Source: a virus
Lineage: Duplodnaviria > Heunggongvirae > Uroviricota > Caudoviricetes
DNA: 64,000 nt
Strand: one strand, 5' to 3'
Virus record (IMG/VR): IMGVR_UViG_3300047163_000032
Coordinates: 32,877 to 96,876 of that record
Part shown: piece after piece, positions 50,056 through 56,847 of the stretch
How the letters are laid out: each line of letters opens with the position of its first letter
Numbering within the stretch: position 1 is the stretch's first letter
The notes under the pieces: generated by a model
What the model saw: only the letters and a program-made list of their open reading frames with translations
What the model was told of the DNA's origin: nothing
The model's database searches: none
Made by a program: the position numbers and the translations under genes

Positions 50056-50441
50056 ACAGAACAGCGACAGGCTACGAGCAGATGGGTCTCCAGTCGGATA
50101 GGCGCGTGCATGATTATCTCATCCGCATGGGAAAAGATTTTCTCAAGTGCGGTATTCGCGTGTCGGCTTACAGTCTAGGATTGCTGAGGTTTAAGGCAAG
50201 GTACGGTTTGGCCGACAACGAAGTGATGGTTGGGTACGCGCAGAACTGGCGAATAACCGATGGACGGCGGCTACTTCCGCCCTACACTATCGGTTTCCGT
50301 CTGTACGTATGCCCAAATTGCGGAGTGGTTTGGGACATGTTTTGCGGAGACAGCCCTCACGGGCCAGCAAAGTGTAACTGCTGGGACGGCTATCTCAAGG
50401 GGAGTTCGTGGCAACCGTCAAGGCTGGGCATCTACAGGTAG
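50052..50441 (+). CDS. hypothetical Cys-containing protein
   Basis: ORF track; CPNCG ... CNC. Confidence 0.35.
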   Translation: MNRTATGYEQMGLQSDRRVHDYLIRMGKDFLKCGIRVSAYSLGLLRFKARYGLADNEVMVGYAQNWRITDGRRLLPPYTIGFRLYVCPNCGVVWDMFCGDSPHGPAKCNCWDGYLKGSSWQPSRLGIYR

Positions 50442-50486
50442 ACGGCGGCTGCTGGGACGCGGTAGCCTCTAAGCGAGGAGACCGCT

Positions 50487-50669
50487 ATGCCTTTCAAGTC
50501 AAAATCTCAATCCAAGGCGTTTCATGCGATGGAGAACGACGGTCGCATGAAGAAGGGAACTGCACACAAATGGGCACACGAGACACCTGGCGGGGTCAGG
50601 AACCTGCCAGAGAGAGTCAAGAAGCGCGGGCGGAAGGGGCGAGCGAAGCATCGCAAGGGGCGGCGGTAA
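50487..50669 (+). CDS. small highly basic protein (60 aa, C-terminal KKRGRKGRAKHRKGRR)
   Basis: ORF track; GGAG RBS. Confidence 0.3.
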   Translation: MPFKSKSQSKAFHAMENDGRMKKGTAHKWAHETPGGVRNLPERVKKRGRKGRAKHRKGRR

Positions 50670-50948
50670 GATCATGCAACCGTCATAGCGATTGCCGTGC
50701 GGCCGAAGATGAAGTAATGGCCAGGCGGGGAATTCAACGTCACCAAATCAGCTACACCTTTCATTGCCACGACGACGAGTGCGAAGATTGTTTTGGATGT
50801 TGACAACCGTGTGAGGAAATGAGACTATCAAAACCGTGAAGACCTATTGCCTATCCTCGTATTGCTTATCATTGCTCAGTTCGCTGAGTAACGAGGGGGC
50901 TTTCGTTTAGGTCGAGTCGATACACCCAAACAGAGAGCAGTAGACGAA

Positions 50949-50987
50949 GCCCCCAGATCGCAACAAGGTCTGGGGGCTTTGAGTTTT
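50949..50987 (+). terminator. rho-independent terminator upstream of tRNA island
   Basis: 9-bp perfect stem gcccccaga/tctgggggc followed by tttgagtttt. Confidence 0.6.
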
Positions 50988-50989
50988 AA

Positions 50990-51065
50990 GCTCCACTAGC
51001 CCAGAGGCAGAGGCAGCCGATTTAAGATCGGCTCAGGCCCGGTTCGAATCCGGGGTGGAGTACCA
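50990..51065 (+). tRNA. tRNA, anticodon TAA (nominally Leu) but class I architecture (5-nt variable loop), CCA encoded
   Basis: Manual fold: acceptor gctccac/gtggagt, anticodon arm gccga-tttaaga-tcggc, T arm cccgg-ttcgaat-ccggg, A73. Confidence 0.6.
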
Positions 51066-51066
51066 A

Positions 51067-51141
51067 GCACGGCAAGGCAATTGGTTAGCCAGCAGACTGC
51101 AAATCTGCCATTGTCCGGTTCGATTCCGGAGTCGTGCTCCA
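51067..51141 (+). tRNA. tRNA-Cys (GCA)
   Basis: Manual fold: acceptor gcacggc/gtcgtgc, anticodon arm gcaga-ctgcaaa-tctgc, T arm tccgg-ttcgatt-ccgga, CCA encoded. Confidence 0.7.
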
Positions 51142-51178
51142 AAGTTTAGGTAGAACGGAAGATGCAATCTGGGTATAA

Positions 51179-51751
51179 TTGGGTATGAAAACCCCGATTC
51201 GCTATAGCGGCCCATATTTATACGCATCTGGCAAGTGTGTAGGCCGAAAATATATGACGGTTTACTACTCGGATGGCTCCAAGGGGACCACGCTCTATAG
51301 TCGCTACCTGATGCAACAACATGTTGGCAGGGAGTTACTGAAGTCTGAGACGGTAGATCATGTAAACGAGGACAAAACGGATGACCGCATCGACAATTTT
51401 CAGATATTGAGTCTTGCGGCGAACGCTTCGAAAACTTCGAGGAAGCGATTCAAAATAACGTGGCACTACTTCAATTGTCCTCAGTGTGGTAAGCATTCAA
51501 AGAAGAATGCTAGGCAGGTTAGACATAATCGGAAGCAAAACAAGTCCGGGCCGTTTTGCAGTAGGAGTTGTTCGAGGAGGCATCAGGCGGGTCAACAGGG
51601 GTGTCAGGAAGTTGTATGTGGAACCAATGCGATGTACGGGCGAGGGTGTCGCTGTAGGGAGTGCAAAGATGCACACAATGTAGTAGTTAACGAGTGGAAG
51701 ATAGTTCGTAAAGTGGGCGGTTACTCAAACTGGAAAAGAGAAATGCCTTAG
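51179..51751 (+). CDS. HNH homing endonuclease
   Basis: TTG start per ORF track; HNH motif VDHVNEDKTDDRIDNFQILSLAANASK plus C-terminal Cys-rich zinc-binding region; stop codon lies in anticodon loop of next tRNA. Confidence 0.75.
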   Translation: MGMKTPIRYSGPYLYASGKCVGRKYMTVYYSDGSKGTTLYSRYLMQQHVGRELLKSETVDHVNEDKTDDRIDNFQILSLAANASKTSRKRFKITWHYFNCPQCGKHSKKNARQVRHNRKQNKSGPFCSRSCSRRHQAGQQGCQEVVCGTNAMYGRGCRCRECKDAHNVVVNEWKIVRKVGGYSNWKREMP

Positions 51752-51791
51752 GAGCATTTATTTGGGGGTTCGAGTCCCTCACCGCCTACCA
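51715..51791 (+). tRNA. tRNA, anticodon TAG (nominally Leu) but class I architecture; overlaps 3' end of HNH gene
   Basis: Manual fold: acceptor gggcggt/accgcct, D stem ctc/gag, anticodon arm aatgc-cttagga-gcatt, T arm ggggg-ttcgagt-ccctc, A73, CCA. Confidence 0.55.
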
Positions 51792-51798
51792 AAGATTT

Positions 51799-51883
51799 GC
51801 CGGTCTGATGAAATGCAGCCATGCCGTCCTCAAAAGGCGGTGCCCAGTAGGGCGTGCGGGCTCGATCCCCGCGACCGGCACCA
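51799..51883 (+). tRNA. tRNA-Leu (CAA), class II with long variable arm
   Basis: Acceptor gccggtc/gaccggc, anticodon arm ccgtc-ctcaaaa-ggcgg, variable hairpin gccc-agta-gggc, T arm gcggg-ctcgatc-cccgc, A73 CCA. Confidence 0.65.
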
Positions 51884-51889
51884 AATTTT

Positions 51890-51984
51890 GATGAGTTGGG
51901 CGAGATGGATTATGCCACCTGATTGCTAATCAGGAGTTCCGGGTAAGACCGGAACCGCGAGTTCGAATCTCGCACTCATCGCCA
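51890..51984 (+). tRNA. tRNA-Ser (GCT), class II
   Basis: Acceptor gatgagt/actcatc, anticodon arm cctga-ttgctaa-tcagg, variable hairpin ttccgg-gtaaga-ccggaa, T arm gcgag-ttcgaat-ctcgc, G73 CCA. Confidence 0.7.
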
Positions 51985-51988
51985 AGAT

Positions 51989-52075
51989 GGAGAGTAGCGT
52001 CCGAGGGGGCACACGGTCTTGAAAACCGCGCCACGGTGATGAGCCGTGAGGGTTCGACTCCTTTACTCTCCGCCA
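51989..52075 (+). tRNA. tRNA-Ser (TGA), class II, irregular D arm
   Basis: Acceptor ggagagt/actctcc, anticodon loop cttgaaa, variable hairpin acgg-tgatgag-ccgt, weak T stem; G73 CCA. Confidence 0.5.
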
Positions 52076-52079
52076 ATTT

Positions 52080-52165
52080 GGGTCGTATGGTCGGGTGGAC
52101 GGCCACCGCTCTGTAAAAGCGGCGCTCAACGAGCAAGCTCAGTTCAAGCCTGAGACGACCCACCA
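52080..52165 (+). tRNA. tRNA-Tyr (GTA), class II
   Basis: Acceptor gggtcgt/acgaccc, anticodon arm ccgct-ctgtaaa-agcgg, variable hairpin gctc-aac-gagc, T arm ctcag-ttcaagc-ctgag, A73 CCA. Confidence 0.7.
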
Positions 52166-52350
52166 TACAAAATATCTTGCGTACCAAAACCGAGACGTGG
52201 TACTTTGTCTTTAGGTCTGGATGGCTTCGCATCCCGTTCAAGACGGACCTTATAAATGTCCACCATACGGGAGCCATTCTGCGATCTGGCTAAAAATCGC
52301 ATGACTTTGGTGGAGTCCTATTTCAACACGAAAATGGGCCAGAAAATTAT

Positions 52351-52420
52351 CGCGGGCAGCAAGGAGCCGATAGGTCTCATAAGCCTTCTCTTCGTGGTTC
52401 AATTCCACGGCCCGCATCCA
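52351..52420 (+). tRNA. tRNA-Met-like (CAT) with C1-A72 mismatch and truncated D arm; possible pseudogene or atypical initiator-like tRNA
   Basis: 3' half cgtgg-ttcaatt-ccacg gcccgca t cca is canonical; 5' strand cgcgggc; anticodon loop ctcataa; only ~13 nt available for D region. Confidence 0.3.
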
Positions 52421-52473
52421 AATACCAAGGAGGTCTCACCATGACAATCACTCATTAGTTCGGGAGGAACGTC

Positions 52474-53154
52474 ATGCGTGAAGACTTGGCAAAATGCACC
52501 ACAGAGAGACCGCGTTCGGGTGGCTCATGGGCAGCTTGTTATAAACTTAAATTTGGCGGGAAGGTGCGAGTATCGACCGACCCGGAGGACAGTTACGACG
52601 ATGAGTTTGGCGGATTCAAATCGTCGGCTCGGCGCAGGCACTTCGAGTACAAGCAGTTCACGGATCGACTGGGAGCGCTTCGCGGTAACATTCGCAAGGC
52701 AGTAGGGCGTCCTTGGAATGATGTGTTCAGCGAGTTCAGTCGGATTTTGGATCGGCGCTCAGTCAGTGGTCACCACATTTGGAGTCACATGATGTGGGAG
52801 GTTGAACCTCGAACATTCATGGTGGGCAGCGAAGTGTGGTGCCGCACCATGGATGGGAACGAGTGTCCGGTAAGTGGTTTCTATGTTCACCCTTTGACCG
52901 GAATCTTAGAAGAGGCTCCCGACCGCTACACTAAGGCGATTGGTCGGGCGCGATGGGCAAAGAAGAAGGAACTGGAGTTTCCGGTTCCTGACGAAGTAGG
53001 GTGGCACTACAAGCAGTTTGAAGGGCTGTGGTTTCGGTATAGGGTCGTTGAGCGGAAGACTCCAATCGGAACCCAGTACGACGTGTTAAAGCGCCAAGCC
53101 AACAAAAAAGAACTTGTTTGGATAAGGGCGCAAGTCTCAGCAGCAGTAAGCTGA
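52474..53154 (+). CDS. hypothetical protein (226 aa) inside tRNA island
   Basis: ORF track; no motif recognised. Confidence 0.4.
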   Translation: MREDLAKCTTERPRSGGSWAACYKLKFGGKVRVSTDPEDSYDDEFGGFKSSARRRHFEYKQFTDRLGALRGNIRKAVGRPWNDVFSEFSRILDRRSVSGHHIWSHMMWEVEPRTFMVGSEVWCRTMDGNECPVSGFYVHPLTGILEEAPDRYTKAIGRARWAKKKELEFPVPDEVGWHYKQFEGLWFRYRVVERKTPIGTQYDVLKRQANKKELVWIRAQVSAAVS

Positions 53155-53196
53155 GTGGAGGCCGGGGCGGTATCCGGGTCACTCGGGAGGGGCGAG

Positions 53197-53394
53197 ATGA
53201 AGCGCACAGCAATGGCTTCAGGGCTTTGCAACTCGCCCATTCTGGGTCATGAAATGCTGACTCATCTGCACGTACCAAAGGGCGCGATCTACATGGCCTA
53301 CCGGGGTGAGATTATCGGGGCCATCGTGAATATCGGTTTGGAGCCGGAGCCGAGCAAACCGGAGTTGAAGATCGGCGATTGGCCGTGGAAGTAA
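53197..53394 (+). CDS. hypothetical small protein
   Basis: ATG after GGGAGGGG; in frame with track ORF 53155..53394. Confidence 0.25.
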   Translation: MKRTAMASGLCNSPILGHEMLTHLHVPKGAIYMAYRGEIIGAIVNIGLEPEPSKPELKIGDWPWK

Positions 53395-53399
53395 AGTAC

Positions 53400-53474
53400 G
53401 GATCCATGATCTAAGGGCTATGATTCCCCGCTGTCTACGGGGCAGTACCGGTTCGAAGCCGGTTGGAGCCGCCA
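53400..53474 (+). tRNA. tRNA-Asp (GTC)
   Basis: Acceptor ggatcca/tggagcc (one A-G mismatch), D stem atc/gat, anticodon arm ccccg-ctgtcta-cgggg, T arm accgg-ttcgaag-ccggt, G73 CCA. Confidence 0.6.
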
Positions 53475-53494
53475 TAAAATTCTGGAAAAAGTTC

Positions 53495-53523
53495 TTGACA
53501 CTGAAATCGTAAGCAAGTACTCT
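53495..53523 (+). promoter_or_regulatory. sigma70-like promoter TTGACA-17-TACTCT
   Basis: Seen directly. Confidence 0.5.
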
Positions 53524-53654
53524 TCAACTCAACCGATTATGTTTCTGCATACCCAAACCCGATTCACCACACCAGCCGCGAATACGCAGCCGCGTCAGGG
53601 TAGCTATATGTGAACGCCGAGAGTTTTTCCCGAGCAACAACGATAAGGAAAAAA

Positions 53655-53684
53655 CCCCCGGCTCAGGTCGGGGGTTTTAGTTTG
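53655..53684 (+). terminator. rho-independent terminator
   Basis: cccccg-gctcaggt-cggggg followed by ttttagttt. Confidence 0.6.
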
Positions 53685-53703
53685 TAGCGATGTTTGAGAA
53701 TGT

Positions 53704-53794
53704 TGGTGAGTACCCGAGGGGAAGCAGGGAGCGCACTGTTAATGCGTTGGGGAGCAATCCCCCGTCGTGTGTTCGAATCACACCTCACCAGCCA
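53704..53794 (+). tRNA. tRNA with anticodon GTT (nominally Asn) but class II architecture (long variable hairpin), 91 nt with CCA, G73
   Basis: Acceptor tggtgag/ctcacca, anticodon arm gcgca-ctgttaa-tgcgt, variable hairpin gggga-gcaa-tcccc, T arm gtgtg-ttcgaat-cacac. Confidence 0.5.
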
Positions 53795-53827
53795 ATATGT
53801 TAATCGAACCATGATAAAATATGGTTC

Positions 53828-54595
53828 ATGCAAGGCAATAGAAACCGCCGAAGCCCCGTTTGGAAGATGAGTCCAGAAGAGTTTAAGGCGTTGGTTGCGA
53901 GAAGCCAAAGCATAAAGCAAATGCTCGAATTTTTCGGGCTGCCGACCGCTGGTAATAGCTACAAGACTCTCATAAAAAGAGCAAAAGCGGATGAAATAGA
54001 CTTGTCAACCCTACCATCTTTGCAGCCCGGTGGCAGGGTGAGGTTAATGCAAGTCGGGCAAAAGAGGGCAAGGCCGTTAGCCGAGCTACTTGTGGCGAAC
54101 AGCACTCGCGATAACACCTACCTAAAAAAGCGAATGGTGGCAGAAGGGATATTGGAAAACAGGTGCTCGATCTGTGGGCTTGGAACAGAATGGAACAGCA
54201 AACCGCTTAGCCTAAGGCTCGACCACGTAAACGGAGTAAATAACGACAACAGGAGATCGAACCTCAGAATGGTTTGCCCGAACTGCGACAGCCAGCTCGA
54301 CACATACTGCGGAAGGAACCGAGTAAAGAACAGGCGAACTATCAAGAACTGCATGGACTGCGGGAAAAGATTGAGCAAGCACGCCGGATTAAGGTGCAGA
54401 ACCTGCAACATTAGACAGCAGCCCAAAGCATTCAAGATCGAATGGCCTAGTGACGACGAACTTGTAGCGATGGTCTCAAAGAAGAACAATTCTCAGGTTT
54501 CCAAAGCGCTAGGAGTATCCGAGACGGCCATAAGGAAAAGGTTGAAAGGTTTAGGAATTACCCCGAGGCCGTATGCGAGGACACCTAGCCTTTGA
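53828..54595 (+). CDS. HNH homing endonuclease
   Basis: HNH motif LRLDHVNGVNNDNRRSNLRMVCPNCDSQ plus multiple CxxC zinc knuckles. Confidence 0.75.
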   Translation: MQGNRNRRSPVWKMSPEEFKALVARSQSIKQMLEFFGLPTAGNSYKTLIKRAKADEIDLSTLPSLQPGGRVRLMQVGQKRARPLAELLVANSTRDNTYLKKRMVAEGILENRCSICGLGTEWNSKPLSLRLDHVNGVNNDNRRSNLRMVCPNCDSQLDTYCGRNRVKNRRTIKNCMDCGKRLSKHAGLRCRTCNIRQQPKAFKIEWPSDDELVAMVSKKNNSQVSKALGVSETAIRKRLKGLGITPRPYARTPSL

Positions 54596-54705
54596 CTGCT
54601 GTACGCTGAAACCCAGACCCGACTGACGGAGGCAGGGGCCAGTTTAGTAGGGTGGCTTAGCGGCTACCCGAAGTCTGGATATAACGTATGGTGGTTCGCG
54701 ATTGT

Positions 54706-54779
54706 TGGGCCTTCGGTTAATGGCAAGCCTGCTGCCTCTGGAGCAGCCTATCGGAGTTCGAGTCTCTGAGGCCCAACCA
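54706..54779 (+). tRNA. tRNA-Gln (CTG)
   Basis: Acceptor tgggcct/aggccca, D stem ggtt/agcc, anticodon arm gctgc-ctctgga-gcagc, T arm cggag-ttcgagt-ctctg, A73 CCA. Confidence 0.7.
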
Positions 54780-54787
54780 AGTTTTGA

Positions 54788-54859
54788 TCCGGTGTCGTCT
54801 AGCTGGCAGGATGCAGGGTTTTGGCCCCTGAGACGTGGGATCGTAGCCTACCACCGGAA
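54788..54859 (+). tRNA. tRNA-Gln (TTG), CCA not encoded, atypical T loop (atcgtag)
   Basis: Perfect acceptor tccggtg/caccgga, anticodon arm caggg-ttttggc-ccctg, D loop agctggca. Confidence 0.5.
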
Positions 54860-54871
54860 CTAAAGTTTTTA

Positions 54872-54980
54872 GGCGGAAGTAGCTCAGCGGTAGAGCGCGA
54901 CCTTCAGCCGCAACCAAGACGCCGGGACGGATGTGGGAGGGGGAGCAGTAAAGTCCCGGAATGTGACCCTCCCAAATAAT
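54872..54980 (+). ncRNA. tRNA-like 5' module (acceptor + canonical D arm GTAGCTCAGCGGTAGAGC) fused to a GC-rich pseudoknot-like element; no T arm; unclassified structured RNA or tRNA remnant
   Basis: Interleaved complementary segments CCGGGA/TCCCGG and GGGAGGG/CCCTCCC seen directly. Confidence 0.3.
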
Positions 54981-55054
54981 GCGGGGTTGGTGTAGTAGCA
55001 ACACGTTGCCTTGCCGAGGCGAAATCGCGGATGCAACTTCCGCACCCCGCTCCA
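54981..55054 (+). tRNA. tRNA-Gly (GCC)
   Basis: Acceptor gcggggt/accccgc, D arm gtgt-agtagca-acac, anticodon arm ttgcc-ttgccga-ggcga, T arm gcgga-tgcaact-tccgc, CCA. Confidence 0.7.
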
Positions 55055-55074
55055 TTTTGAAACCGGAGGTCGTG

Positions 55075-55248
55075 ATGAAGAGCACAGAACGGAAGCACCA
55101 GCTAGTTTTGTTAGACACGCGGCTTCGGATTGTTCGCAAGCACGAACAGGCACTCGTGGCGCAAGCGGCGGCGCAGCGGATTCGTATCCCGCAGGATGAG
55201 GTTTCGAGTACCTCCGAGTGCTCCAGTTTGGATGGTGATGCAGCATGA
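55075..55248 (+). CDS. hypothetical small protein, overlaps start of downstream HNH gene (ATGA)
   Basis: ATG after GGAGG; in frame with track ORF 54979..55248. Confidence 0.3.
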   Translation: MKSTERKHQLVLLDTRLRIVRKHEQALVAQAAAQRIRIPQDEVSSTSECSSLDGDAA

Positions 55249-55802
55249 GCAGATTGATGATGAAGCCGGTCCTGATGCTGAATGCTGCATACGAAGCCGT
55301 TCGTATCGTTAGCGTCAAGAGGTCAATGACACTGCTAACGAAGGGAAAGGCCGTCGTGGAGGTGCCTACCGACCGGGAAATATATCCAGGCATCTTCATG
55401 CCATCGGTTATCAGGCTGACGGTCTACCGGAAGGTGCCGCACTGTATGCAGGTATTGAGTCGCAAGAACATCTATCTTCGCGATTCTCGGACCTGCCAGT
55501 ATTGCGGGTTGCCGTTCGGGGATAACCGGTTGACGTTGGATCACGTTATTCCGCAGGCGCAGGGTGGAAAGAGCACATGGGACAATCTCGTTTGTGCTTG
55601 CCAGTCATGCAACCATCGGAAGGCAGATCGGACGCCTGAGCAGTGGGTTGGGGATGGTGGCTGGCCGCTATTGAGGAAGCCGAAGCCCCTTACTGTATTC
55701 ACAAGCAGGGGCTTGGTCAGGACGATGGGGTTAGAGACTCCGGAGTGGAGAAAGTACCTCTACTACGAGAACGATACCCCGCAAGAGGTTGTGCTGGCGT
55801 AG
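55245..55802 (+). CDS. HNH endonuclease (McrA-like)
   Basis: CQYCG ... LTLDHVIPQAQGGKSTWDNLVCACQSCNHRKADR; stop codon TAG abuts next tRNA. Confidence 0.75.
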   Translation: MSRLMMKPVLMLNAAYEAVRIVSVKRSMTLLTKGKAVVEVPTDREIYPGIFMPSVIRLTVYRKVPHCMQVLSRKNIYLRDSRTCQYCGLPFGDNRLTLDHVIPQAQGGKSTWDNLVCACQSCNHRKADRTPEQWVGDGGWPLLRKPKPLTVFTSRGLVRTMGLETPEWRKYLYYENDTPQEVVLA

Positions 55803-55868
55803 CTCAGGTAGACAGAGCACTCCCTTGGTACGGGAGAGGTCGCGACTGCGATGTCGCCGCCAGCCCCA
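55793..55868 (+). tRNA. tRNA-Thr (GGT), T loop only 6 nt
   Basis: Acceptor gctggcg/cgccagc, D arm gctc-aggtagaca-gagc, anticodon arm ctccc-ttggtac-gggag, C73 CCA. Confidence 0.6.
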
Positions 55869-55875
55869 GTTTTAC

Positions 55876-55950
55876 GCATCGGAAGAATACGAGGAGATTT
55901 GACCGGCCTGTACCCGGTAGAAGCCAGTTCGAATCTGGCCCGATGCTCCA
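55876..55950 (+). tRNA. tRNA-Thr (TGT)
   Basis: Acceptor gcatcgg/ccgatgc, anticodon arm accgg-cctgtac-ccggt, T arm gccag-ttcgaat-ctggc, CCA. Confidence 0.65.
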
Positions 55951-55966
55951 CTGTAGATGTAAATGT

Positions 55967-56041
55967 GCGGCCGAACTCAAACGGTGCGAGGTGTGACTGT
56001 GGATCACATTTTAGGTTGTTCGACTCAACCCGGTCGCCCCA
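55967..56041 (+). tRNA. tRNA-His (GTG)
   Basis: Acceptor gcggccg/cggtcgc, anticodon arm tgtga-ctgtgga-tcaca, T arm ggttg-ttcgact-caacc, C73 CCA. Confidence 0.7.
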
Positions 56042-56058
56042 AAAAGTTTGGAGATGCG

Positions 56059-56211
56059 ATGGACGAGAGAATCGTAAGGCTGCTGAAGATGCACGAGGAG
56101 GCGATGGATCGGTTGCCGGTGGTCAAGGCCAAGATTCCGAACGCTTGTGAGGCTATTCAGTACAGCATCGCAAAGTATTATCCGGCGCTGGAGAAGTTGG
56201 CGTCGGAGTAG
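56059..56211 (+). CDS. hypothetical small protein (50 aa)
   Basis: ATG after GGAG; frame of track ORF 55963..56211 whose 5' part overlaps tRNA-His. Confidence 0.25.
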   Translation: MDERIVRLLKMHEEAMDRLPVVKAKIPNACEAIQYSIAKYYPALEKLASE

Positions 56212-56212
56212 T

Positions 56213-56292
56213 GGGTCGCAGGAATACATGGGGTGTTCGCCGCACTTGCAATGCGGATATTCAGCGGGGTTCGATTCCCCGGCGATCCACCA
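56213..56292 (+). tRNA. tRNA-Ala (TGC) with G3-U70 identity pair, 8-nt variable loop
   Basis: Acceptor gggtcgc/gcgatcc (G3.U70), anticodon arm ccgca-cttgcaa-tgcgg, T arm cgggg-ttcgatt-ccccg, A73 CCA. Confidence 0.7.
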
Positions 56293-56299
56293 AAGTTTT

Positions 56300-56375
56300 G
56301 GTCACCAAGCTAATCAGGTGAAAGCGCTGGTCTGAAAAGCCAGATAGCCCGGCCCGATACCGGGGGTGACCACCA
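56300..56375 (+). tRNA. tRNA-Phe (GAA)
   Basis: Perfect acceptor ggtcacc/ggtgacc, anticodon arm ctggt-ctgaaaa-gccag, T arm cccgg-cccgata-ccggg (atypical T loop), A73 CCA. Confidence 0.65.
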
Positions 56376-56381
56376 AGTTGT

Positions 56382-56460
56382 AAGGGTGTAGCGAAGCCTG
56401 GACGAACGCGCCGCATTTGGGATGCGGAGACCGGGGGTTCAAATCCCTCCACCCTTACCA
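56382..56460 (+). tRNA. tRNA-Pro (TGG)
   Basis: Acceptor aagggtg/caccctt, anticodon arm ccgca-tttggga-tgcgg, T arm ggggg-ttcaaat-ccctc, A73 CCA; long D loop. Confidence 0.65.
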
Positions 56461-56468
56461 TCAGTTGT

Positions 56469-56545
56469 GGGGCTATAGCTCAGCTGGACAGAGCGGTCGA
56501 TTACGAATCGACAGGTCGGGAGTTCGACTCTCTCTAGCCCCACCA
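56469..56545 (+). tRNA. tRNA-Arg (ACG)
   Basis: Acceptor ggggcta/tagcccc, D arm gctc-agctggaca-gagc, anticodon arm gtcga-ttacgaa-tcgac, T arm gggag-ttcgact-ctctc, A73 CCA. Confidence 0.8.
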
Positions 56546-56553
56546 TAATTTTC

Positions 56554-56582
56554 TTGACACGGGAAACCGAGATAGATACAGT
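56554..56582 (+). promoter_or_regulatory. sigma70-like promoter TTGACA-17-TACAGT
   Basis: Seen directly. Confidence 0.5.
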
Positions 56583-56730
56583 AGCGACATGTTGACGAGA
56601 GCCATAAGCGGGATGACCAAAGAATCCGGGATTAAGCGGGTCTGGGGAGTCGTGTCCGAGTAGGGGTCAGTCCGACAGTTGGATTTTTCCAATGACCCCT
56701 CGGCTAAGGCCGGGGGATTTTAGTTTTATG
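56583..56730 (+). ncRNA. candidate small non-coding transcript bounded by promoter and terminator, contains hairpin GGGGTCA...TGACCCC
   Basis: No ORF over 30 codons; terminator stem cccctcggc/gccggggg then attttagtttt at 56696-56730. Confidence 0.3.
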
Positions 56731-56760
56731 CTCTTTCTCAATTCGGGATGTAGATTACAC

Positions 56761-56835
56761 AGGGGCGTAAGCTAACTGGAAAACTGCTGGTCTCCAAAAC
56801 CAGACTTGCTTGTTCAAATCAAGTCGCCCCTGCCA
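56761..56835 (+). tRNA. tRNA-Trp (CCA)
   Basis: Acceptor aggggcg/cgcccct, anticodon arm ctggt-ctccaaa-accag, T arm gcttg-ttcaaat-caagt, G73 CCA. Confidence 0.65.
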
Positions 56836-56847
56836 TATAATTTAAGC

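Noticed and set aside
52256-52444. 62-aa ORF in tRNA island
   Set aside because: It spans the tRNA-Met-like element and flanking hairpins, with no RBS; likely noncoding.
54863-55054. Group I intron inside a tRNA (because of pseudoknot after a tRNA 5' half)
   Set aside because: Only about 80 nt lie between the tRNA-like 5' module and the next complete tRNA, far too short for a group I intron, and no matching 3' exon half is found.
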